A DNA stretch of 64,000 bases from positions 33,632-97,631 of IMG/VR virus record IMGVR_UViG_3300009129_001478; one strand, given 5' to 3'. Below, one piece after another: positions 8,389 through 16,089 of this stretch. The DNA is from a virus. Both the position numbers and the translations under genes were made by a program. The stretch's first letter is position 1. Each line of letters begins with the position of its first letter. Under the pieces are notes generated by a model, which saw only the letters and a program-made list of their open reading frames with translations, had not been told where the DNA came from and searched no databases.

Positions 8389-9282
8389 ATGATTTATCAT
8401 ATTGATGTTGTTGATGGTCTCCGGAAATTAGAGTCTGAGAGTGCTGACTGTATTATTGTTGACCCGCCGTATAACATCGGCAAAGATTACGGCAATAACA
8501 AAACAGAACTAGAGACTTCAGAATATGTTTCCTGGGCTAAACAATGGCTGGCAGAATGCGAACGAGTTCTGAAGCCCGAGGGAACGCTGTATATTTATGG
8601 CTTCTCAGAAATCCTCGCACACCTGTCAGTGAATATCAATATGAATAAGCGTTGGCTAATCTGGCATTATACAAATAAGACAGTTCCCAGCTTAAACTTT
8701 TGGCAAAGAACTCACGAATCTATTTTGTGTTGCTGGAAAGAGCAGAAAACCTTCTTCAGGGATCAAGTAAGAATTCCATATACTGAAACGTTTCTCAAAA
8801 ATGCAGCGGGCAAAAAAAGGAAAAATACAAAAGGACGCTTTGGCAACAAAGAAAGCACCTATACAGCCCACGAAAAGGGAGCACTTCCAAGAGATGTTAT
8901 TTGCTCTCCATCTTTGGCTGGTGGTGCTGGTTTGAAAGAAAGATTCTTTTATTCTCCTTCCCGCGAAAAGCTGTATACCTCTAAGCAGAAAAAAGCTCTC
9001 GTTGTGGATGATACGATTTCACATCCCACTCAGAAGCCGACGAAGGTAACAGAAATTCTTTTGGATGCCTGCATTGAAGAAGGAAGTTCAGCAACGGTTG
9101 TTGTGCCATTTGCTGGCACTGGCAGCGAATGTTATGTTTGTGAGCAGCGTGGTTATGAGTGGACAGCATTTGAAATCAATGAAGAATTTGTAGATATGGG
9201 AAATCTGTTGGTGAAAGATGGGTTTCCAAACAACAAAGAAGAGGAACTGATAGAATACGATTATTGTGGGCCTGTATCATAA
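8389..9282 (+). CDS. N6-adenine/N4-cytosine DNA methyltransferase (beta class)
   Basis: DPPY motif IV N-terminal, HPTQKP, motif I VPFAGTGS, FEINEEF. Confidence 0.92.
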   Translation: MIYHIDVVDGLRKLESESADCIIVDPPYNIGKDYGNNKTELETSEYVSWAKQWLAECERVLKPEGTLYIYGFSEILAHLSVNINMNKRWLIWHYTNKTVPSLNFWQRTHESILCCWKEQKTFFRDQVRIPYTETFLKNAAGKKRKNTKGRFGNKESTYTAHEKGALPRDVICSPSLAGGAGLKERFFYSPSREKLYTSKQKKALVVDDTISHPTQKPTKVTEILLDACIEEGSSATVVVPFAGTGSECYVCEQRGYEWTAFEINEEFVDMGNLLVKDGFPNNKEEELIEYDYCGPVS

Positions 9283-9344
9283 TTGGTTAATGAAACCGCC
9301 TCATAAGCGGTTATATCGGGGTTCAAGTCCCTGCGGGCCTACCA
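9268..9344 (+). tRNA. trnI: tRNA-Ile2 (CAU, lysidine-modified type)
   Basis: GGGCCTG acceptor stem, anticodon loop CTCATAA, discriminator A, encoded CCA. Lacks initiator features. tilS is nearby. Confidence 0.85.
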
Positions 9345-9346
9345 AA

Positions 9347-9423
9347 GGACCAGTAGCTCAGTTGGATAGAGCAACAGCCTTCTAAGCTGTCGGTCGCAGG
9401 TTCAAATCCTGCCTGGTTCGCCA
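9347..9423 (+). tRNA. trnR: tRNA-Arg (UCU)
   Basis: Cloverleaf, anticodon loop CTTCTAA, encoded CCA. Confidence 0.95.
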
Positions 9424-9425
9424 TT

Positions 9426-9500
<75 letters not shown>

Positions 9501-9501
<1 letters not shown>

Positions 9502-9530
9502 AGCCTCATCTTCGGGTGGGGCTTTTTTAT
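9501..9530 (+). terminator. Rho-independent terminator
   Basis: GCCTCATC-TTCG-GGTGGGGC hairpin followed by a T-run. Confidence 0.85.
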
Positions 9531-9532
9531 TT

Positions 9533-9560
9533 TTTACGATCCCTTAAAACTATGTATAAT
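9533..9560 (+). promoter_or_regulatory. sigma70-type promoter for tRNA-Ala/Ser
   Basis: TTTACG-N16-TATAAT, 10 nt upstream of tRNA-Ala. Confidence 0.6.
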
Positions 9561-9570
9561 AGAACACGAA

Positions 9571-9646
9571 GGGGAGTTAGCTCATCTGGTAGAGCGCCTG
9601 CTTTGCACGCAGGGGGTGATCGGTTCGACTCCGATACTCTCCACCA
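9571..9646 (+). tRNA. trnA: tRNA-Ala (UGC)
   Basis: Cloverleaf, G3:U70 pair, anticodon loop TTTGCAC, encoded CCA. Confidence 0.95.
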
Positions 9647-9650
9647 TAGA

Positions 9651-9693
9651 GTGCGATTCTAGCACACGACCTGAGCATGTCACAAAACTGCTT
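9651..9693 (+). ncRNA. Small hairpin plus H-type pseudoknot in the tRNA spacer
   Basis: GTGC/GCAC hairpin; then stem GAC/GTC with loop GAGCA complementary to downstream TGCTT after an A-rich linker. Confidence 0.4.
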
Positions 9694-9699
9694 ATATTT

Positions 9700-9787
9700 G
9701 GAAGGATGACCGAGAGGCCGATGGTGCAGCATTGGAAATGCTGTGTGGGGTAACCCACCGAGGGTTCGAATCCCTCTCCTTCCTCCA
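9700..9787 (+). tRNA. trnS: tRNA-Ser (GGA)
   Basis: Class II tRNA with long variable arm GTGGG-GTAA-CCCAC, anticodon loop TTGGAAA, encoded CCA. Confidence 0.93.
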
Positions 9788-9795
9788 TAATATTA

Positions 9796-9820
9796 AAGCT
9801 CCCGATCGGGGGCTTTTTTG
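9796..9820 (+). terminator. Rho-independent terminator
   Basis: AAAGCTCCC-GATC-GGGGGCTTTTTT. Confidence 0.8.
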
Positions 9821-10062
9821 TTGAATAAGATCGTGGCTTTGCCGTCTATAGGATATCCGAGACTAAAACAAAAAGTTCGGATTTTAGTGGGACAAAAAAA
9901 TAATGAATAAAGATGTTATTTTGAGCGTCCAATTAGACGATCGCAATACTATATAACGCGATCGGTTGATTATAGTTTTCCCAACAGTTACTATAAATCA
10001 TAAATACACCTTCTAGTGTTGGGTTCTTTATATATTTTATTTTCCCGAGGAGGAAAATTATT

Positions 10063-10710
10063 ATGGCCATGATTGGTAATACAATTGTTGCAAGAGGTGA
10101 ACACCTCTCTGATAAATCGGTCGCTGACGCGATCGTAGTTTCTGACGCGTCAAGTCAGGCTAGCACTCTTGGTGCTCAGTTGACTGCTTTGCGCGCTTCG
10201 GATGCTTCCGAAGCTTCTGCTCGTGCTGCTGCTGATACTGCTGTTAGCGCTGCATTCGCTGCTGCTGACACTGCCTTGGTTGGTGGTGCATCTGCAAGTC
10301 ACAACACATTGAAGAAGATCGAAGATCTTCTTGATGCTGAGATTGCTGCTCGTGGTGCTGCTGATACTGCTGACGCTGCTGCTTGGGCTGCTGCTGACGT
10401 TGTAGTTAGCAATGCATTCGCTGCTGCTGACACTGCCTTGGTTGGTGGTGCATCTGCAACTCACAACACATTGAAGAAGATCGAAGATCTTCTTGATGCT
10501 GAGATTGCTGCTCGTGGTGCTGCTGATACTGCTGTTAGCGCTGCATTCGCTGCTGCTGACACCGCTCTAGGTGCTCGCATTGATAATCTTAAGTCAGGTG
10601 CTGCCAGTGAGAAATTCGCTCAGATCACCCTTCAGGACGCCGCTGTGTCTACTGATTCATATAGCCTCACTGTTAGTAATGGTGAGATGGTCTTCGCGAA
10701 GATCGCATAA
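10063..10710 (+). CDS. Ala-rich coiled-coil repeat protein, probable virion fibre/decoration protein
   Basis: Strong RBS GAGGAGG; GCT-biased codons; two near-identical 54-aa repeats with GGAS..HNTLKKIEDLL, resembling the DTLKEI motif of phage fibre proteins. Confidence 0.75.
   Translation: MAMIGNTIVARGEHLSDKSVADAIVVSDASSQASTLGAQLTALRASDASEASARAAADTAVSAAFAAADTALVGGASASHNTLKKIEDLLDAEIAARGAADTADAAAWAAADVVVSNAFAAADTALVGGASATHNTLKKIEDLLDAEIAARGAADTAVSAAFAAADTALGARIDNLKSGAASEKFAQITLQDAAVSTDSYSLTVSNGEMVFAKIA
10251..10560 (+). repeat. Intragenic tandem repeat, 162-nt period
   Basis: tgcattcgctgctgctgacactgccttggttggtggtgcatctgcaa... at 10251 and 10413, nearly identical. Confidence 0.9.
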
Positions 10711-10749
10711 TATAAACTAACGTTTGTATTAGGTTGAAATAGTTTTTTG

Positions 10750-10781
10750 AAAAGGGTGGCTTTTGCTGCCCTTTTCTTTTA
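10750..10781 (+). terminator. Rho-independent terminator
   Basis: AAAGGGTGGC-TTTT-GCTGCCCTTT followed by a T-rich tract. Confidence 0.8.
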
Positions 10782-10817
10782 TTTAAAATGGGTGCCCTTA
10801 AAGTTGCGAGGTAAAAA

Positions 10818-11447
10818 ATGAGCAATAAAGTGAAACTAAAAATGAAAAGGGTAAAACTTGAATATGATTTCAAGAAAGCAGAGTTAGAAGAAGCCAGGGA
10901 TCTAAGAGAAGATAATGTAGAAAAATTCAACAAAGACTTTGAGGCGGAAATGGCTTATATTAACAGAGACGGACCAGAGATAAAAATATCAGAGGAAGAG
11001 AAAGAAAAAAAAGAAGACAATTCCAGAGATCTAAGTGAAGAGGGAATGAAAGCTTTGAAGAATATTTATAGGCAAATTGCCAACATGACTCATCCAGATA
11101 AGACTGGTGATGATTCACTTGTAAATAAGTTCCATAAAGCTGCTGAATATTATAAAACAAAGAATCTTTCCGAGATAGTGTATCTGGCAACAGAGTTAGG
11201 TATTGAGCTTCCTGATGATTTATTAGAAGATGAATTGCTTTATGTTGAACTTGAAAAAGAAATAAAAGACCTATCAGAAAAGGTTTCCCAAATTAAGAAA
11301 TCTATTAGCTGGGCATGGGCCAATGCTAAAACAGAAGAGGAAAAGGAAGTACTTAAAAAAATCATATATAACTTTTGGGGAATTTCCACAGAAGAGGTTT
11401 CTAATTATAGAGATAATCTCACAAAGGAGAATGTAGATAATGAGTGA
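10818..11447 (+). CDS. J-domain (DnaJ-like, HPD motif) protein
   Basis: LKNIYRQIANMTHPDKTGDD..FHKAAEYY flanked by coiled coils. Confidence 0.75.
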   Translation: MSNKVKLKMKRVKLEYDFKKAELEEARDLREDNVEKFNKDFEAEMAYINRDGPEIKISEEEKEKKEDNSRDLSEEGMKALKNIYRQIANMTHPDKTGDDSLVNKFHKAAEYYKTKNLSEIVYLATELGIELPDDLLEDELLYVELEKEIKDLSEKVSQIKKSISWAWANAKTEEEKEVLKKIIYNFWGISTEEVSNYRDNLTKENVDNE

Positions 11448-11727
11448 TTCCGCAAAGAGAGAAATAACCTTCCTAGTTCCAGAAAGTGAAGTATTGGTAA
11501 GTTATCGTTATTTATTGTTGATGACACTGGGCAGGTTTGAAAAGTTGCACAATGAAGATTCAGTTCCAATGCAACAGGACTTATTGGATGGGAATTTGAA
11601 AGCGGCTTTGGAAAAAATAGAAAACTATCAAGCCCAAGCAGCGGATCTAATTGAAAATCTGGATCATGTATTGGAGCTACTCAAGGCAGAACTACCAAAA
11701 AAAGGGGCCAAAAAAACAAAAAAGTAA
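11440..11727 (+). CDS. Hypothetical protein
   Basis: 95 aa; AAGGAG RBS. Confidence 0.7.
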   Translation: MSDSAKREITFLVPESEVLVSYRYLLLMTLGRFEKLHNEDSVPMQQDLLDGNLKAALEKIENYQAQAADLIENLDHVLELLKAELPKKGAKKTKK

Positions 11728-11729
11728 AA

Positions 11730-11870
11730 ATGTCGGTGAAGGAATCCCTAGAGAAGACTGGTAAACTTTCATTTGGAAAGATGGGAAAATACGGCGGCAG
11801 ATTTGATCTTAAAACTCAGAAACTTACACCCCATAACATAAAACCAATGAAAATTGATATAAAAGACTGA
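11730..11870 (+). CDS. Small basic hypothetical protein (46 aa)
   Basis: MSVKESLEKTGKLSFGKMGKYGGRFDLK...; read manually. Confidence 0.45.
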   Translation: MSVKESLEKTGKLSFGKMGKYGGRFDLKTQKLTPHNIKPMKIDIKD

Positions 11871-11874
11871 TTAT

Positions 11875-13098
11875 TTATTCGCCAATACAAAGGTCGTTGA
11901 AAATCTGTTTAATTTGTTGGAAAACAGTAGCAGAATTAACGGATGGTGAATAAAGTCTATTTTGTTCCCCTCTTACTAAATGAATGAACATGTTGTGGTG
12001 CTCTGGGAGAGCAAAAACAAATATTTCAAATCCTCCATCCACAGCTATTTGATTAACCTCGGCAACGGGGGTACCCGTCACAGTCTGCGCAATTTCATCA
12101 GTCATTATAATGATAACTTTCTGGCTTCCTGGGTTCCATGAATAAATATAATCTCCATTCATTATCCATTTAGCTACATCAACAGAGGGTTCAATACCGC
12201 CACCCGGAAGAAGTTGAATACCTTCCAAATATTCTAAAAATTCATCAGCCGGAACAAAATCAGTGATCAGCATAGAATATCTTGTAAGGATAGGAGTACC
12301 GCCGCCAGTATTTTGACTCCCGATAACCGACAGTCCAAATCTAAAGTTGCTGGTGATCGGGTCATCTAAGAGTGGGGAAATCCCCTCTATCATAGATTGT
12401 ATTTCATCATCAAATGAGCCGGAAATATCAATAACAAAAACAATATCTACACCACGATTGTCAAAACCTTCATCAACTTCGCCATCGCAGTCATTATCTT
12501 TATTATCGCAGATTTCATCCACAGGGAGAACCTCTCCATCACAAGGACCGTCAAAACCCCCGTCTTGACAATAACGAACTCCCGCTCGGCATTCCCCGAC
12601 AGCCATTGTTCCATGAGGACCATCATAACAGACAATGGCTGTTGAGTTCGCCACTCCCTCATCTATAGATCCGTCACAATTATTATCTAAGCCGTCACAT
12701 AATTCCTCAGAGGGTCCGATATGTCCTTCACAACGAGTGCTCCCGTTATCACACACCATCACCCCAGGGACACATAACCCTACTCCATAGTTAGCCCCCT
12801 CAATAAATCCGCATAACTGATTTTCTTCGGGATAGGTTTCATCAATATACAAATCGCAGTCATTATCCAGACCATCACAGATTTCCTCTACGGGACCTTG
12901 GGCTCCAACACAATCAGACCAGCCGGCACTTGAACAAGTTTGTGTGCCATATTTACACTCACCCACGGGCATGCGTGTACTTTCAGGGTCCCACGAACAT
13001 TCCCTTACATCCCCAGGGGGGCACGGAACTCTGATTAGTTCTTGTTCTTCACAGGCTGTAAAAAATAAAGGCAGTAACAAGAAAACAAAACGTCTCAT
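11875..13098 (-). CDS. Lipoprotein with Cys-rich 'EICDGLDNDCDG..DE' repeats and a C-terminal vWA domain
   Basis: Lipobox FTAC; three MopE-related/myxobacterial-type Cys repeats; MIDAS DISGS and MTDE. Start at MRRFV (13098) by TAATG coupling. Confidence 0.88.
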   Translation of the reverse strand: MRRFVFLLLPLFFTACEEQELIRVPCPPGDVRECSWDPESTRMPVGECKYGTQTCSSAGWSDCVGAQGPVEEICDGLDNDCDLYIDETYPEENQLCGFIEGANYGVGLCVPGVMVCDNGSTRCEGHIGPSEELCDGLDNNCDGSIDEGVANSTAIVCYDGPHGTMAVGECRAGVRYCQDGGFDGPCDGEVLPVDEICDNKDNDCDGEVDEGFDNRGVDIVFVIDISGSFDDEIQSMIEGISPLLDDPITSNFRFGLSVIGSQNTGGGTPILTRYSMLITDFVPADEFLEYLEGIQLLPGGGIEPSVDVAKWIMNGDYIYSWNPGSQKVIIIMTDEIAQTVTGTPVAEVNQIAVDGGFEIFVFALPEHHNMFIHLVRGEQNRLYSPSVNSATVFQQIKQIFNDLCIGE

Positions 13099-13565
13099 TA
13101 CATGGTCGCCTCTATACATTGTTCATATGATGAATACATCATCATAGTCAAAGCACTACTATTGGAAACTCTAAACCTTACGCTTTTTAATGGTAATTGT
13201 CCTTTAGTATAATTTGCGATTAATACAATTGGGGGAGTATTTTTATCCTGGGAAGGTATATTAAATGCTAATAAAATAGATTCGCCCGGACCACTTTGGA
13301 TTATGCCGGAAATGTATCCCTCTTCAATTACTTCTGGAATTCCTATTTGTACTGGAGATGTGTCACCTGGGTAAGTTGTAATTTTATTACTTATATGGAT
13401 GACCCATTTACAATTCTTATTTTTTCCAGGGGTATAATATGTGGACTTAGTTGGGACAATGGTTGGATATTGTCGGTTAGCCTGTACTTGATAGTAGAGT
13501 GCTGTGGCTGAAGAGAGTGCCAGTAATCCTAATAGTGTAACTCGTTTTTTGAGGAAATCTAACAT
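13098..13565 (-). CDS. Hypothetical exported/membrane protein
   Basis: N-terminal hydrophobic segment; GGAGAGG RBS. Confidence 0.7.
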   Translation of the reverse strand: MLDFLKKRVTLLGLLALSSATALYYQVQANRQYPTIVPTKSTYYTPGKNKNCKWVIHISNKITTYPGDTSPVQIGIPEVIEEGYISGIIQSGPGESILLAFNIPSQDKNTPPIVLIANYTKGQLPLKSVRFRVSNSSALTMMMYSSYEQCIEATM

Positions 13566-13576
13566 AAAACCTCTCC

Positions 13577-13837
13577 TTATGGGAGGGGGTCTATATTAAC
13601 TACCTCTCCCGTGGGAGATAAAGTAATAAAAGGCATTTTCTTTATCTCTTTATTAAGTATCTGGTTGTTTGAGCTTTTTGTCTTCTTTTCTATCCAGACA
13701 AGAATTTGAGTTTTTTCCTTGACTTTGCCAACATAAGACCATTTGCCCTCAATCTTTTGCCAAACGCTAGGAAAATCAAGATTTAGATTTTGTCCAGAAA
13801 GCAGTAAAAGCCCCGACAACATAATGTTGTTGATCAT
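13577..13837 (-). CDS. Hypothetical protein
   Basis: 86 aa; AAGGA RBS; first gene of the minus-strand unit. Confidence 0.6.
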   Translation of the reverse strand: MINNIMLSGLLLLSGQNLNLDFPSVWQKIEGKWSYVGKVKEKTQILVWIEKKTKSSNNQILNKEIKKMPFITLSPTGEVVNIDPLP

Positions 13838-13918
13838 TTTCTAATCCATTCCTTTGGTGAAATCATTCCACAGATTTACTGTGGATAAATAGTATCCTTT
13901 CAATCTAGTTACTATACT

Positions 13919-14809
13919 ATGAAGAAAAAAACACCTTTTTACGTCAAGTTTCTTATAATTTTGTTGTTTTGTTTATCAAGTTGTGTTAGTGGTTGTACCA
14001 CAGTTAATATTAAAGACGGAGAAAAATCCGAGATTTTACCACGCCGAGCGTTTGTACAAATTCAACAATCAGTAGAATTAGAAGGGTGTGGATTAGACCC
14101 CGAAACAAAAAAAAGCAAGTGTCAAAAGGCTGTGATGCGTTATGTATCTTCCGGAGCATTTGTTTTCCATAGTGAAGTAACCGAAGGTGTTTCTTATGTT
14201 TTGACAGCAGGTCATTCGTGCGAATCTACTATTCCAAAAAGACAAAATATTGATGGATTCATTGTGAAAAACCTCGGATCTAAATTCAAAGTTGTAGGAC
14301 TCAACGGTCATCAATATTCCGCCGAGGTTGTCAACATAAACCGGCGATTTGATTTATGTGTTCTGAAGGTGTCCGATGTTTATAATACCCCTCCAATATT
14401 GAAAATAGCTGATAAAGAACCCCGAAAGGGTGAAACAGTAACTAATATGGCTGCTCCGCATGGGTTGTACTGGCCCGGCACTGTGTTAATATTTAAAGGA
14501 GTTTTTTCTGGATACCATACGCGAGGATATTCCATATATACTATCCCGACAAAACCCGGATCCAGCGGATCTCCAATAATCAATAACAGAAACCAATTAG
14601 TTGGAGTGATCTTTGCCGGCTATCCCGTAATAGAGCATGTTGGATTATCTTCTCCTCTGGTAGCGATCAAAATTTTCCTGAAGAAGTCTATAGCCTTGGG
14701 AGAGATGGCTTTGTGGGAAAAATCAAACATTCCCAAAGCAAATACTCAGATTGACAGGTTGTGGATAAAAGAAATGAAGTCAAAACTTGATCAAGCTTTC
14801 GGGCAATGA
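13919..14809 (+). CDS. Trypsin-like serine protease with signal/lipoprotein N-terminus
   Basis: Catalytic triad motifs LTAGHSC, DLCVL, PGSSGSP. Confidence 0.88.
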   Translation: MKKKTPFYVKFLIILLFCLSSCVSGCTTVNIKDGEKSEILPRRAFVQIQQSVELEGCGLDPETKKSKCQKAVMRYVSSGAFVFHSEVTEGVSYVLTAGHSCESTIPKRQNIDGFIVKNLGSKFKVVGLNGHQYSAEVVNINRRFDLCVLKVSDVYNTPPILKIADKEPRKGETVTNMAAPHGLYWPGTVLIFKGVFSGYHTRGYSIYTIPTKPGSSGSPIINNRNQLVGVIFAGYPVIEHVGLSSPLVAIKIFLKKSIALGEMALWEKSNIPKANTQIDRLWIKEMKSKLDQAFGQ

Positions 14810-14842
14810 ATATATAAGGAAAATCCACAGTAGGAAAATCTT

Positions 14843-15292
14843 ATGAGCAATTTATCAAATTCTACAGCCAAGCCAACGATCAATTCTACGGCGTATAAAT
14901 ATAGCCCAGTTACTCACGCTCGTATTAAATTAAGTGGAAACACCACCACAGCCCCCATAAATTTAACAACGGGGGGTGTTCTTATTCATACTTGTGCAGA
15001 TTATTGTGTAGATGAGGTATATTTGTGGGTTTCTAATTATGATTCAACAAATCGTTTGTTGACGGTTGAGGTTGGGGGAGATGGCTCCTTTTCTGATGCA
15101 TCAAAAACATTTGAAATCTCAATCACCAAAGAAGAGGGACTTATTCAAATTTACCCTGGTGTTCCTCATGAGAACCTTACCATTTATGCTAAGGCTGCTG
15201 CCAACAATGCATTAAACATTTTTGGATATGTGCATCGGCATTATAGAATTAGCCTTTCGGATGCTGGACTCGGCTTTGACGGCTCTGAATAG
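14843..15292 (+). CDS. Putative small virion structural protein
   Basis: Beta-rich; DEVYLWVSN...LTVEVG...NALNIFGYV pattern seen in phage virion accessory proteins. Confidence 0.6.
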   Translation: MSNLSNSTAKPTINSTAYKYSPVTHARIKLSGNTTTAPINLTTGGVLIHTCADYCVDEVYLWVSNYDSTNRLLTVEVGGDGSFSDASKTFEISITKEEGLIQIYPGVPHENLTIYAKAAANNALNIFGYVHRHYRISLSDAGLGFDGSE

Positions 15293-15307
15293 ATAGAGGA
15301 TTATATT

Positions 15308-15592
15308 ATGGGAAAAAGGCGCTCATTAGGTCATGTTAATAGTAGAATAGGTGACATAAGGTTCAAACAAATACAAATAGCCCTTCAACAGCTACAAATA
15401 GCCAGTGTAGGGTATTTGGGCGAATTCAATATAGATGGAGATACATTGGTCACCAACGATAGAAGCATTCATGTATCTGGTTCGGGAAACTATTTATACA
15501 TTACAGGTACTGATGAATCAGGCGCTCCACAGACCTATTATTTTGATGTGGTCAATGGCGAGTTAAACTTTTTACAGTCAGGTTCTTCGTAA
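15308..15592 (+). CDS. Hypothetical protein
   Basis: 94 aa; GAGG RBS. Confidence 0.65.
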   Translation: MGKRRSLGHVNSRIGDIRFKQIQIALQQLQIASVGYLGEFNIDGDTLVTNDRSIHVSGSGNYLYITGTDESGAPQTYYFDVVNGELNFLQSGSS

Positions 15593-15629
15593 GTTCTTTG
15601 GACTCTAATGACTTAGAGGAAATTTACTA

Positions 15630-15638
15630 ACTATTTAT
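15630..15638 (+). promoter_or_regulatory. Putative late-promoter motif ACTATTTAT
   Basis: Variants recur 5' of structural genes at 9948, 13885 (minus), 13904, 14809, 30296, 38575, 53152 and 61065. Confidence 0.55.
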
Positions 15639-15679
15639 AATACATATTTGTTATATTTTACCTTAAGGAGGAAACAATT

Positions 15680-15868
15680 ATGGCAAGCCCAGGATTAAGA
15701 AAACGTCGTCGTCTCGCTGCACTCGCTGCCGAAGGAAAGGCTCCTGCACCCGCAGCAGCACCCGAAGCTGAAGCACCTGCTGAAGAGGCTCCCGAAGCAA
15801 AAAAGAGCGCCCCGAAAAAGGCAGCGAAAAAAGCAGCGAAGAAGTCCAGTGCTAAAAAAGCTGACTAA
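15680..15868 (+). CDS. Small Ala/Lys/Pro-rich protein with histone-H1-like tail
   Basis: Perfect RBS TAAGGAGG; RKRRR N-terminus, PEAEA linker, KKAAKKAAKK tail. Confidence 0.75.
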   Translation: MASPGLRKRRRLAALAAEGKAPAPAAAPEAEAPAEEAPEAKKSAPKKAAKKAAKKSSAKKAD

Positions 15869-16088
15869 GGCTCTTCTTTTAAATGAAGATCTAAGAATAG
15901 ATCCTGCGGCGTCTGTACAGGCGTTGTATGATATTATTACGAGTGTGAGAGTTACAAATAAAAGAGACACGAATCGTCTCTCGGTAGCCAAAGAGCACCT
16001 TCGCTCTATTAAACGCCATGTAAGATCTCTAAACGAGCGTGTAAGTTCTTTAGAAGAACAATTGAAACTTCTGAACGAGGAGAAGTAA
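15849..16088 (+). CDS. Hypothetical coiled-coil protein
   Basis: 79 aa, GTG start; abuts the next gene. Confidence 0.65.
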   Translation: MLKKLTKALLLNEDLRIDPAASVQALYDIITSVRVTNKRDTNRLSVAKEHLRSIKRHVRSLNERVSSLEEQLKLLNEEK

Positions 16089-16089
16089 A

